DNA from: an uncultured Elusimicrobia bacterium
GTDB lineage: Bacteria > Elusimicrobiota > Elusimicrobia > Elusimicrobiales > UBA9959
Assembly: GCA_903867985.1 (NCBI GenBank)
Contig: CAIPTO010000082.1
Location: 7,580-71,579 of the forward strand
DNA length: 64,000 nt
Reading direction: 5' to 3'
In this document: positions 9,146 through 18,857 of the stretch, in pieces
Layout of the letters: each line of letters starts with the position of its first letter
Position numbering within the stretch: the first letter of the stretch is position 1
Position numbers and translations under genes: made by a program
The notes under the pieces: model-generated
What the model saw: the letters and a program-made list of their open reading frames with translations, nothing else
Databases searched by the model: none
What the model was told of the DNA's origin: nothing

Positions 9146-10117
9146 ATGAAAAAATATCTCGCTATTCTAACCCTGCTGGTTTTTACGGCCGCCTGCAACA
9201 GGTCGCCTGAATATTATTTTGAGCAGGGGAACCGTCTGGCTTTGTCCGGCCGGAGTATGGAGTCCGTTGAGATGTATAACAAGGCCCTGTTGCTGAAGAA
9301 GAAGTACCCTGAAGCTCTTACTTCCCGGGCTCTGGTTTATGAAAAGCTCGGTGACAGGCAGAAGGCCGCGTACGACTATCAGAAGGCCATAGATATGGAC
9401 CCGTCATACGGCCCGGCCTACAATAATCTGGCCGCGCTTTACCTGGACTCCGGAGAATACGCCGCGGCGGTCAGCCGTCTTTCCTCAGCTTTGGAGTTGG
9501 ACCCCTCTTATGCGTACGCTTATCTCAACCGGGGTATAGCCCGCTATAAACTTTCCGACTATCCCGGCTCCATGGCCGACCTGAACAGGGCGATAGAACT
9601 GGATCCCAAACTTGAATTGGCGCGATATCAGCGCGCCCTTGCCGCGGTCAAGCTGGGCGACTCTGTAACGGCGCTAGGGGATTTGAATTTACTGCTGAGC
9701 GCCAATCCCGGCTCCGCCCCGGTGTGGTTTGCGCGCGGCCGCCTTAAGTATAACGCAAAAGATTATCCCGGCGCGATCGAAGATCTTAAAAAAGCCGTGG
9801 AGCTCAAACCCGGCGCCGGGGCTTATCTTTACTGGCGCACCCTTGCGGTTTTAAAGACCGGCCGATACGACGACGCGCTGAAAGACCTGAACCTCATACT
9901 GCAGGCCGCTCCTGCTTACGCGCGCGCCTGGCTTCTCAAAGGCGACGTTCATGCGCTTATGCGAAATTTGCCTGCGGCCCGTGAAAGCTATTCAAGAGCG
10001 CTGGCGCTGGACCCAGCCAACACCGGGCTTTACATGGTCAGAATGTCCGCCCTTGACCGTCCTGTTCCGGCTACGGTAATGAAGCCCGCGAAGAAGGGGC
10101 GAAAAAAGACTAAATAA
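9146..10117 (+). CDS. TPR-repeat lipoprotein
   Basis: Signal peptide ending FTAAC; repeated AY.NRG / A.ELDP TPR units. Confidence 0.85.
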   Translation: MKKYLAILTLLVFTAACNRSPEYYFEQGNRLALSGRSMESVEMYNKALLLKKKYPEALTSRALVYEKLGDRQKAAYDYQKAIDMDPSYGPAYNNLAALYLDSGEYAAAVSRLSSALELDPSYAYAYLNRGIARYKLSDYPGSMADLNRAIELDPKLELARYQRALAAVKLGDSVTALGDLNLLLSANPGSAPVWFARGRLKYNAKDYPGAIEDLKKAVELKPGAGAYLYWRTLAVLKTGRYDDALKDLNLILQAAPAYARAWLLKGDVHALMRNLPAARESYSRALALDPANTGLYMVRMSALDRPVPATVMKPAKKGRKKTK

Positions 10118-10172
10118 AAGGCAGTTTAGGTGCGAAGTGAAGTAATTTTCCTTTGTTCAAGAGAGACCGCTT

Positions 10173-12332
10173 ATGGCTGAAAAAAAAGAAATTTCCGGTT
10201 GGCGTAAAAGATTTCTCGCTAACAGGATGAGTTTTGAAAGCATCATGTTTGAAAAAGAGCTGGTCGTGCAGGATCGCGAAAGCCTTGGCAAGGGCCTGGC
10301 CGGCGCGCTCGCCATAGGGATATTCGCGTCGCTGCTTACCGCCCAGTGGGTGTTGAGGCAGGGATATTTGTTTACCGCCGCAGACTCCGCCGGCTTCCAG
10401 ATGGCGTTCTCCTGTCTGGATCATTTCAAGTCCGGCGGCGTGTGGAATCTTTTTAAGCCGCTTTCAAACGGTTTCGGCGCGCCGGTGATACCGCCGCTTT
10501 ACTATCTCACCTATGTGCCGGTCCTGAAATTCATCACCGGCAACCTGAATTGGGCGATGGTCCTGGTGAACACATTCTATCTGACCGGGTTGGCCCTGGC
10601 TCTCTTCATCGCCATAAAAAAGAACCGGAATAATAAATCCGGCTGGCTCGGCGTTTCTGTCGCCATGGCCATGCCTTTCGTCCTGGAAACAGCAAGGCAT
10701 CCCGATTACAGACTGGCCTCCATGGCGCTGGCCGCGGCGGCTTACGCGGCTTTCATAAATTCAGAAGAATTCGAATATCCGTCCTGGAATTTGTGGTGCG
10801 GCGTTTTCTTCGGTCTCGGGTTTTTCTCCGACACCATGTTCTGGGTCTATATGCTCCCGCTTGTGCCTTTCATTATAAGCGGCCTTACCAATCAATTGTC
10901 CGGCGGTTCCATACTTAAGGGTCTGTTGCCGGGCGCAGTTCTGGCCCTGCCCTGGTACGCTTTCGCCTCCGTCTCCTGGGCGGTGCAGTATTTTTCCGGC
11001 TCCGCCGCGACGGACGCCTTAAGGCCGGGGCTGTGGCTCTGTCTGGCCGGCCTTTCCGGGGTCGCCGGTTTCCCGCTTTTCCTGCTGGGGGGAGCGGCGC
11101 TTACCTGGATGTATTTTTCCGTTTTTATGCCATACGCTTCCAGGAAAATAGTTGCCGCCTGGTTCTGGGTTCCTTTAGTGGTAGTTTATTTTCTGTTCAA
11201 AGGCCGGCCTGAATATATGTACCCCGCGCTTTTGCCCATGGCCGTGGCGGTGGCGGTGATGACGCCTGGCCGGGCGCGCAAATACCTGATGGGTCTGGCC
11301 CTGTGTTTACTTGTGGTGAACCAATCCGGGCTGGTGTCGCCTGTTTCGCTGTGGGGAGCGCGTTTAGCCGGCAGTCCGAAACCCTCTGGGGCGCAATACC
11401 GGATGCCGGAACTGATGGCCGAGCTTAAGTCAAGGGCGGCCGGGCCCCTGGCCGCTAAAGTTGCCCTGGTAGGTGAGGATGAAAACTTCAATCATACGAG
11501 CCTGAATTATCTTTCTGAGGAGATGGGACATGCCGCTATGAAGTTTGCCGTGCCGCAGCCCGGCACGCTCTCCCTGGCGGATTTCGTGGTCTATAAGACC
11601 GGCGCTTTCGGCGCTGTCAGATCCGGAGATTGGGCCCCGCTGGCCGCGGAGATTTCCAGGCCCTGGTTCGCTAAGGCTTTTTCCCGCGCGGCCTCGTTTA
11701 ATCTGGCGGATACTTCACAACTTGTCCTTTACGCTAAAAACCCTGTATCCGGCCCCGCGTTCCCGGACGGGAAATATCCTTTTAAAAAAGTGAATCTGGG
11801 GGGGATCCTCATGGATGAGGGTACGCTCAGACTTTCCGGTTTTAATGCGGCCGGAGGCGTTTACGATACGGCCGTGCTTTTTTCTCCTTATGCGACGCTG
11901 GATGGCCTGGATATTTACGGCCTCAACATTGAGATATCCGGTTTTTCCTGCATCTCGCACACCGGCGCTGTCTCGGACATTCAGGCGACCGGAACCGGGA
12001 TAGTACGGATCATTTCAGCAAAGATCAGCAACTACTCCCTGCAGCAGTATCTTGCCGGAAAATATCCGGGTCTGCAAAATATGGAGGTCAAGCTGGATAA
12101 TACGGTGCAGATATCCGGAGAGCGTAACGGGGAAAAGGTGTATGGGGAACTTTCTCTGTCGGCGCGGCTGCCGGAAGTATATCTCCATCTGCAGAATTTA
12201 ACTTACGCCGGGTATAACGTTCCCGATTTCCTGCTGGATATGTTTAAAATTAAATACGACCTGTCCGGGTTGCCATACGATATCCGGTTTAACCGCATAA
12301 AAGTTGCAGGCGAGATGCTGGAGATATCCTGA
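10173..12332 (+). CDS. Polytopic membrane protein, GT-C/ArnT-like N-terminus with large soluble C-terminal domain
   Basis: Many TM segments, PPLYY motif; hydrophilic beta-rich C-terminal half. Confidence 0.55.
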   Translation: MAEKKEISGWRKRFLANRMSFESIMFEKELVVQDRESLGKGLAGALAIGIFASLLTAQWVLRQGYLFTAADSAGFQMAFSCLDHFKSGGVWNLFKPLSNGFGAPVIPPLYYLTYVPVLKFITGNLNWAMVLVNTFYLTGLALALFIAIKKNRNNKSGWLGVSVAMAMPFVLETARHPDYRLASMALAAAAYAAFINSEEFEYPSWNLWCGVFFGLGFFSDTMFWVYMLPLVPFIISGLTNQLSGGSILKGLLPGAVLALPWYAFASVSWAVQYFSGSAATDALRPGLWLCLAGLSGVAGFPLFLLGGAALTWMYFSVFMPYASRKIVAAWFWVPLVVVYFLFKGRPEYMYPALLPMAVAVAVMTPGRARKYLMGLALCLLVVNQSGLVSPVSLWGARLAGSPKPSGAQYRMPELMAELKSRAAGPLAAKVALVGEDENFNHTSLNYLSEEMGHAAMKFAVPQPGTLSLADFVVYKTGAFGAVRSGDWAPLAAEISRPWFAKAFSRAASFNLADTSQLVLYAKNPVSGPAFPDGKYPFKKVNLGGILMDEGTLRLSGFNAAGGVYDTAVLFSPYATLDGLDIYGLNIEISGFSCISHTGAVSDIQATGTGIVRIISAKISNYSLQQYLAGKYPGLQNMEVKLDNTVQISGERNGEKVYGELSLSARLPEVYLHLQNLTYAGYNVPDFLLDMFKIKYDLSGLPYDIRFNRIKVAGEMLEIS

Positions 12333-12334
12333 AA

Positions 12335-13195
12335 ATGACAATCGTTCACCGCCGTCGCGTATTTAGCCCTTTATTCCTCTGCGTCTCCGTGTTTTTATCC
12401 CTGCTGTTGGGCGGCTGCGTACCGCTGCCGGAGGGAGCTCTGGCTGGCATCTCCAAACCCGACATCCAGGCGACCGAACCGCCATATACCGGGCTCGCGC
12501 CGGGCTACAAGACCTATGAAAGCGCCCACTTCATGGTAAAAGCTTATACCAGTGAAACGGCTGTGTCCTACTCCGTTATCTGCGAGGAGGGGTACAACCG
12601 GGTGATGGGCGACGTGGGGCTCTACTCCTTCGCTCTGGCCAAGCCCTATAATATTGTCGTCTATAAAGACTCTGCTGAGTATATAAAAAAGACCGGTCAG
12701 CCAAGTTGGTCGGGCGGGATGTCGCAGGGCAACGCCATATTGGTTTACGAGTCCCAGGGGGCCGGCGCCATACTCGCGCACGAAATGACTCATCTCATTT
12801 TTAACGAGTTCATGGGGCTGGCCAACAGCGTGGATTTTAAATGGATCAACGAAGGCCTGGCTGTATACGAGGAGACCAGAGCCTCCGTTTCCTCCAAAGC
12901 CGCTTATAGCCAGCGGGTGACTTCGCTGGTGGAGCCCAACCCCGTTCCTTTTTCGCAGATGATCAACCTGGCGCCGCAGGGTGAGCAGACCGCTGTTGTT
13001 GAGCGCTGGTACGCCCAGGTGGGCTCGGTGGTTTCTTTTATGATCAACGAAGGCGGTACGCTGGGTTTTTCCATATTTATTACTAAACTCAAATCCGGAG
13101 CCTCCGCTGACGCGGCTGTAGCTGAGGCGTTCCCGGGACTGTGGAAAAATATCGGCGATGTAGAGAAAGCGTGGCTGTTAAATATAAAACGCTAA
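12335..13195 (+). CDS. Peptidase MA-family (gluzincin-like) lipoprotein
   Basis: Lipobox LGGC; LAHEMTH and WINEGLAVYEE. Confidence 0.8.
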   Translation: MTIVHRRRVFSPLFLCVSVFLSLLLGGCVPLPEGALAGISKPDIQATEPPYTGLAPGYKTYESAHFMVKAYTSETAVSYSVICEEGYNRVMGDVGLYSFALAKPYNIVVYKDSAEYIKKTGQPSWSGGMSQGNAILVYESQGAGAILAHEMTHLIFNEFMGLANSVDFKWINEGLAVYEETRASVSSKAAYSQRVTSLVEPNPVPFSQMINLAPQGEQTAVVERWYAQVGSVVSFMINEGGTLGFSIFITKLKSGASADAAVAEAFPGLWKNIGDVEKAWLLNIKR

Positions 13196-13334
13196 TTGCC
13201 ATAAGCCATAGGCTTTAGGCTATAAGCTTTAAGCCATACGCGGAAAATAGGAACTCTCTAAAGTATACGGCGTACGACAAATAGCAATCGGCAGCCGGTA
13301 TTCTGCCTATGGCGTATGGCTTAAAGCTTATAGC
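13196..13334. repeat. Inverted heptamer arrays (family A), empty hairpin element
   Basis: Left GCCATAA GCCATAG GCTTTAG GCTATAA GCTTTAA GCCATAC GCGGA; right TTCTGC CTATGGC GTATGGC TTAAAGC TTATAGC. Confidence 0.9.
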
Positions 13335-13342
13335 AGTTTATT

Positions 13343-15550
13343 ATGCCCGACAAATTTGTTTTACCGGAAGAAAATTTAAAAAAAGCGGTAATTCCACTTG
13401 AGGGCGTCCATTGTGCCAGCTGTGTTGAGCGCGTCGAGAGCGGCCTCGCCCGCATGCCCGGCATCCGCAGGGTTTCCGTCCATCTTCCTTCAAGAACCGC
13501 TTTTCTAACCTATGACCCGGCACTCGCCACCACCGAAGCGATAACGCTGCGGATCGCCGAATTGGGCTACAAGGCGCTTGCTGTTTCCCAGTCGCCGGCT
13601 AAGGCCGAAAATATCGCCGGGGCGGAACTTGAGCGTGAGAAGCGCTATTTCCTGAAAAAATTTCTCGTCTCGCTCGCGGTTACGGGTTTCCTGCTGATGG
13701 GCCGCGTTTTTGATTCTTCGCCGTATACCATGATGATCGCCGCCGCCTTTGCCTGGTGGTGGTGCGGCTCCCATTTCCACGCCGGCCTTATCCGTTCGCT
13801 TAAGGCGCGCGCCGCGGATATGAATACGCTGGTCTCTTTAAGCACCAGCGTCACTTTTTTCTACGGTGTATTCATTACTGTTTTTCCGGCCGCTATGTCC
13901 ATGTCATACCACGCGCAGTGGCACGAGGTGGCCATGCTTATCACCTTTATAAATCTCGGGCGTTGGCTTGAAGCCCGCTCAAAGAGCGCGGCGGCGGCAG
14001 CGGTCTCCAATCTGTTTAAAATCGCGCCCAAGTTCGCGCGCCGTGTCAGGGACGGCAGAGAGGAACTCATACGCGCTGAAGAAATACTGCCCGGCGACGT
14101 GATCTCGCTCCGGCCCGGGGAACAAGTGCCGGTGGACGGGGCGGTTCTGAGCGGCTTTTCAGCCATAGACGAAGCCCTTCTGACCGGGGAGGCGCTGCCG
14201 CAGGAGAAAAGTCCCGGTTCCAGGATTTACGCGGGGACGATAAATACTACCGGCGCGCTGGAATTCTCAGCCACCGGAGTAGGGGAAGATATGGTCCTGA
14301 TGAAGATCATCAAGGCCGTGGAAGAAAGTCAGGCGGCTAAAACCTCCACCCAGCGGCTGGTTGACCGCATCGCGGCCTGGTTCGTGCCTTTTGTCCTGCT
14401 TACGGCTTTTACGGCGCTGGGATTCTGGCTTTATTATACCGACGTTTCCCGCTCGGTAAATGTGTTCGCGGCTGTGCTGGCGGTGGCCTGTCCCTGCGCT
14501 CTGGGGCTGGCCGTCCCCATGGCCTTGGCGGTCGGTTTCGGCCGGGCAGCCGGCCTCGGAATCCTAATAAATAACGGCGACGTACCTGAGCGCATTTCCA
14601 AAGTTGACGTTGTCATCTTCGATAAGACCGGCACCATAACCGAAGGCCGTCTTAAAGTATCAAAGCTGCGGCCCTGGAAGATAAGCGAAACCGAATTTCT
14701 GGCGCTGCTTTTAAGCGCCGAATCCAAATCAGAGCATCCCTTCGCGGCTGCGGTAAGACTTTACGCAGAAGGCCGCGTGCCTTCTTATGAGGCCCCGTCC
14801 GCTATAGAGGTGGTCCCCGGTAAGGGCGTAGCCGTTCAACTTAAGGACCGTGAGATCAAGGCGGGAAGTCAGAAGTGGTTCGTTGAGGAGGGGATAGCGC
14901 TGCCCGCGGATTCATTGGCGGAACTCAGGAATGATGACGGCTCTCTTCTCCTGCTGGCCGAAAACGGGCGGTTTGTCGGATATGTCGTGCTTGCCGATTC
15001 TATGCGCCCCGAAGCCGCCGGGCTCATCAAAGAGCTTGCTTCAATGGGCATAAAGCCTGTAATCGCTTCCGGAGACCGCGCGGCCGCGGTTTCAGCGGCC
15101 GCGGTAACGCTGGGCATTACTGAATTTTACTCCGAGGTTTTTCCAGAGGAGAAACGGCAGATCGTCCTGCGTCATAAAGCGCTTGGGCTGAAGGTCGCGG
15201 TCGTGGGTGACGGCTTTAACGACGCGGCGGCTCTCTCAGAAGCCGATATCGGAATAGCCCTACGGTCCGGCACAGATATCGCGGTCAAAGCAAGCGATAT
15301 CACGCTTATGCATAACGGCATTGCCGGCGTAGCCCAGGCTGTGAAACTCGCCAGGATAATCCGCAGGGTTATTATCGAGAACCTGCTCTGGGCCTTTGCT
15401 TATAATATCATCCTCATCCCGCTCGCGGCAGGCGCCTTTTACCCGGCGTTCGGTCTGACCATCCCGCCGTATTTCGCCGGGGGCGCTATGGCCTTAAGTT
15501 CTGTTTCGGTGGTGATGAATTCGTTACGGCTTAAAAAGATGAAAATTTAA
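13343..15550 (+). CDS. copA: Heavy-metal (Cu+-type) P1B ATPase
   Basis: GVHCASC HMA, TGE, CPC, DKTGT, SEHP, GDGFND, YN and M..SS motifs. Confidence 0.9.
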   Translation: MPDKFVLPEENLKKAVIPLEGVHCASCVERVESGLARMPGIRRVSVHLPSRTAFLTYDPALATTEAITLRIAELGYKALAVSQSPAKAENIAGAELEREKRYFLKKFLVSLAVTGFLLMGRVFDSSPYTMMIAAAFAWWWCGSHFHAGLIRSLKARAADMNTLVSLSTSVTFFYGVFITVFPAAMSMSYHAQWHEVAMLITFINLGRWLEARSKSAAAAAVSNLFKIAPKFARRVRDGREELIRAEEILPGDVISLRPGEQVPVDGAVLSGFSAIDEALLTGEALPQEKSPGSRIYAGTINTTGALEFSATGVGEDMVLMKIIKAVEESQAAKTSTQRLVDRIAAWFVPFVLLTAFTALGFWLYYTDVSRSVNVFAAVLAVACPCALGLAVPMALAVGFGRAAGLGILINNGDVPERISKVDVVIFDKTGTITEGRLKVSKLRPWKISETEFLALLLSAESKSEHPFAAAVRLYAEGRVPSYEAPSAIEVVPGKGVAVQLKDREIKAGSQKWFVEEGIALPADSLAELRNDDGSLLLLAENGRFVGYVVLADSMRPEAAGLIKELASMGIKPVIASGDRAAAVSAAAVTLGITEFYSEVFPEEKRQIVLRHKALGLKVAVVGDGFNDAAALSEADIGIALRSGTDIAVKASDITLMHNGIAGVAQAVKLARIIRRVIIENLLWAFAYNIILIPLAAGAFYPAFGLTIPPYFAGGAMALSSVSVVMNSLRLKKMKI

Positions 15551-15591
15551 TACAATGCCGGCCGCCCGGCAGCTAAAAAAGGAGATATCTC

Positions 15592-15999
15592 ATGAAAAAT
15601 AAATCTACCCGTTTCGGCTATACCTCGGCCCAGGCCCAGAGCGTGAATAAAATAAAGCTTCCGCCCATTGAGGCCTGGGAAAACCAGTATAAGCGGGATT
15701 ACACTATCAGGATCATACATCCGGAATTCACCTCGGTCTGCCCTAAAACAGGCCTGCCGGATTTCGGCACTATTACAGTGGAGTATGTGCCGGGCAAACT
15801 TTGTCTTGAATTAAAATCGCTTAAATATTATTTTCTGCAATACCGCAACCTGGGTATTTTTATGGAAAACATCGCCAACCGCGTGCTTGACGATGTCGTC
15901 GCGGCCATAAAGCCCAAATCCTGCGTAGTCACGGGTGAATTTACGCCCCGCGGCGGCCTCCGTTCCGTCATTGAAGCAAAGTACAATCGTAAACTTTAG
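15592..15999 (+). CDS. queF: NADPH-dependent preQ0 reductase (short type)
   Basis: PEFTSVCPKTGLPDF, ELKSLKYY, GIFME, FTPRGG. Confidence 0.95.
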   Translation: MKNKSTRFGYTSAQAQSVNKIKLPPIEAWENQYKRDYTIRIIHPEFTSVCPKTGLPDFGTITVEYVPGKLCLELKSLKYYFLQYRNLGIFMENIANRVLDDVVAAIKPKSCVVTGEFTPRGGLRSVIEAKYNRKL

Positions 16000-16111
16000 A
16001 TGGCGGGTGGTGTTGTGGCAATGGCAATCCGTTTTTTTGTAGTCTTTCAGAAAGCGGCTGGCGCTTTCGGCGTCGGGAAACCTGGTTTAGGGGCGGACAT
16101 TCGGTGAAATA

Positions 16112-16831
16112 ATGGCGAATATAAAAGTCGTTCTGGTCACTCGTGATCTGGGGGTCGCGGGGTTTTGCGCCGCGGCCTTCAATAATTCTTTTGCGGATTT
16201 TGAATGCGCCTGCGACTCCGGAAAATTCAGGGAAGCGCTGAAAGCCGGGTTCGACGCCATTCTGCTGGATATGGCTGATCTGGCTGATTTGACGGGCTTT
16301 AAAACCACGGAAGACGCGTGCGGCCATCTCAGGAGACTGGGGCGTAAAAATGTGATAATCGTCATGAGCGCAGCCGTTCTGCCTCCGGGTCAGGTGGTGT
16401 CCATTTTAAACAGCGGCGCGAACGATGTTATTACCGGAGAATGGCGGTTTCGGGTGATAGCGGAACAGGTAAAAGCGCTGGTTAACTTCTCCTCCGTGGG
16501 AATTAAAAAAAGCAGAAAAAAGGTATCCCTGAACGACGGCTCCATCACCATGGATATCGCGGCCCGGAGATGTATGGTAACGGAGGGCGCCGCCTCCGCG
16601 AGAGAGGTTTCCCTGACCGGAAATGAATTCAAGATTTTAAACCTTATGGTTTCGCGCAAAGGTGCGCTTGTTACCTATATGGATTTTAAGAATAAGCTGT
16701 GGCCGGACAGGATGTTCCAGGCCGAAGTCAAGCACTCCCTTCTGCAGCATCTGACCGATCTGAGAAGGAAGCTGGGCCCGCTGGGCGCGCGGATAGAAAA
16801 TGTGTGGGGAGAAGGGTTCCGGATAACCTGA
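16112..16831 (+). CDS. OmpR-family winged-helix regulator, degenerate receiver
   Basis: LTGNEFKIL, LRRKLG...IENVWGEGF; receiver lacks the acidic pair and the KP motif. Confidence 0.8.
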   Translation: MANIKVVLVTRDLGVAGFCAAAFNNSFADFECACDSGKFREALKAGFDAILLDMADLADLTGFKTTEDACGHLRRLGRKNVIIVMSAAVLPPGQVVSILNSGANDVITGEWRFRVIAEQVKALVNFSSVGIKKSRKKVSLNDGSITMDIAARRCMVTEGAASAREVSLTGNEFKILNLMVSRKGALVTYMDFKNKLWPDRMFQAEVKHSLLQHLTDLRRKLGPLGARIENVWGEGFRIT

Positions 16832-18300
16832 TGTCGATAAAAATTAAAATAAGTCTAATCATGGCCGTCCTTGTGGTTTTGGTGCTGGTGCTTTTCAGCA
16901 GCATCCTTTATTTTTCACAGAGCCGTGTTATTTACGCGCAGGAGCGTCTCCGGCACGCTACAATAGCCGAGTCGCTGGCGCAGGTGGCGGAGGAGAGCCT
17001 GCTTAGCGGTGACGACTTTTCGCTGATAAATTACACTTTCAAACTTACGAAAAATTCCGCCCTGGTAGCGGCTTACGTTTTTGACGGGCAAAAGTATCTT
17101 TCTCACACGAACAAGCAGCTTGTCCGGATCGTAGTGGCGACCCCGCAGGAATTTAGCGGGCCGGACGACGAGACCATCTCGAAAGAAATAATAGTCGGCG
17201 GGAACAGATATCTGGTCCGTACGGTCTTTTCAAAAAAAATCGTCACGGTGGTGATGCGGTCAGCTCTTGACCGGATCTTCCTGGAAATACTGAAGGTTTC
17301 CCTGGTGGTTTTTTTGATAAGTATGGTCACGGCTTATTTCTTCGCCCTGAGTCTGGTCGCCCCGGTGCTGAAATTGTCCCTGGCCGCGCGCGAAGTGGGA
17401 AAAGGGGATCTCAGCGTGGAAATGGAAACCTCCGTGCCGGACGGCGGCGGGGATGAGATGGAAACGCTCAAAAGGGACTTCAATTCCATGGTGGCCAGAC
17501 TGCGCCAGCTTGACGAGATGAAGAAAGACTTTGTCTCTTCCGTCACACATGAGCTTAAATCTCCGCTCAGCGCGGTGGAATCCTACGTTGACCTTCTGAG
17601 CACGGGTTTTGTCCGCGCACAGGGAAAGGCTGACGCAGGCATGAAGCAGACGCTGGCCGAATGGATCGGGGACGTCGCCTATATACAGCAGAATACCAGG
17701 CGGCTTTTCGCGTTTATTAACGATCTGCTGGATACGGCGAAAATGGAACGCGGCGCTTTCGGTATAAAAAAATCAAAAGTGGAGATGGCGGAGCTTATCA
17801 CGCAGGCGATCCGTGTTTTTTCCTTAAAAGCGGAGAGTTTGGGGGTGAAGCTTGATACGGAAGCGTCTCTTGTCCGGCTTCCGGCAATGATGGTGGATGG
17901 CGAACGTGTTAAGCAGGTGCTCCTTAATCTCATTTCAAACGCCTTAAAATATACGCGGCCCGGGGGGAGAATAACGGTGTCAGCTGAGATGGTTGACGAT
18001 TTGCGTCTGACATTTTTGTGTAAAAGGCATCAGCCGTCCGGCGCCGGCGGCGCCCAGGCAAGTTACGCTTTGATTTGCGTATCGGACACCGGCGTGGGTA
18101 TTCCGGCCGGGGATCTTGAAAGGGTGTTTGGCAAATTTGAACAGGTTAAGACCTCCGGATATCTGGTTAAGGGCGCCAAAGGCGTAGGGCTGGGGCTTTA
18201 TATAGCTAAAAGTATCGTTGAGGCGCATGGCGGGGATATATGGGTTGAAAGCGCGGAGGGGGCCGGCAGCCGGTTTTACTTCGCGCTTCCCAGGGAATAA
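16831..18300 (+). CDS. HAMP-domain sensor histidine kinase
   Basis: Two TMs, HAMP, H-box VTHELKSPL, N-box NLISNALKY, DTGVGI, GVGLGL; ATG overlaps the upstream TGA. Confidence 0.93.
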   Translation: MSIKIKISLIMAVLVVLVLVLFSSILYFSQSRVIYAQERLRHATIAESLAQVAEESLLSGDDFSLINYTFKLTKNSALVAAYVFDGQKYLSHTNKQLVRIVVATPQEFSGPDDETISKEIIVGGNRYLVRTVFSKKIVTVVMRSALDRIFLEILKVSLVVFLISMVTAYFFALSLVAPVLKLSLAAREVGKGDLSVEMETSVPDGGGDEMETLKRDFNSMVARLRQLDEMKKDFVSSVTHELKSPLSAVESYVDLLSTGFVRAQGKADAGMKQTLAEWIGDVAYIQQNTRRLFAFINDLLDTAKMERGAFGIKKSKVEMAELITQAIRVFSLKAESLGVKLDTEASLVRLPAMMVDGERVKQVLLNLISNALKYTRPGGRITVSAEMVDDLRLTFLCKRHQPSGAGGAQASYALICVSDTGVGIPAGDLERVFGKFEQVKTSGYLVKGAKGVGLGLYIAKSIVEAHGGDIWVESAEGAGSRFYFALPRE

Positions 18301-18303
18301 AAT

Positions 18304-18666
18304 ATGAAAATGATACTTGTCGTGGATGATGAGGAAGATTTTCACAGGGTGCTCAGGCGGGTGCTTGAGCCGGAAGGCTATAAGGTGGTTTCTTCGCTCA
18401 GCGCTGAGGAGGCTATGCGGCTGCTGGATGCCGTGGTGCCGGACTTGGCGATACTGGACTGGAACCTGCCCGGCATTACCGGGGTGGAATTAGCTAAGGC
18501 GATGAAGCAGAACCCGCGGTTTCAGAAAATTCCGCTGATAATGTACACTGTCAGGGAAAGTGAGATCGACCAGGTGGACGCGTATTCCTACGGCATACAG
18601 TTTTTTCTCACCAAACCCGTGGGATCCGCCGTACTCATCGCTAAAGTCAAACAGTTGCTTCAGTAG
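18304..18666 (+). CDS. Single-domain response regulator
   Basis: ILVVDDE, LDWNLPGITG, MYT, FLTKP. Confidence 0.93.
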   Translation: MKMILVVDDEEDFHRVLRRVLEPEGYKVVSSLSAEEAMRLLDAVVPDLAILDWNLPGITGVELAKAMKQNPRFQKIPLIMYTVRESEIDQVDAYSYGIQFFLTKPVGSAVLIAKVKQLLQ

Positions 18667-18794
18667 ATCCGGGACGCTTGACTGAATGATTGTTGCGGTT
18701 TGATCCCCGACGACGCCTCAGTTTATAAAGTTTGAGGGGGCGGCACGTCTCGTTGTTTTTTTGTCTACCTATGTGGCATCCCGCCCTGTCTGAA

Positions 18795-18851
18795 TCTTGA
18801 TTAAATCTTGACTATTTCTTGATTGTGCTGGCCCCATTTCGGGGGTATACT
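18795..18851 (+). promoter_or_regulatory. Sigma70-like promoter preceded by three 11-bp-phased TCTTGA boxes
   Basis: TCTTGA at 18795, 18806, 18817; TTGTGC (18823) -17 bp- TATACT (18846). Confidence 0.6.
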
Positions 18852-18857
18852 TTATGT

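Noticed and set aside
15556-15591. preQ1 riboswitch upstream of queF
   Set aside because: The TGCCGG/CCGGCA stem with A-rich tail has only a 4-nt loop, too short for the preQ1-I pseudoknot loop.
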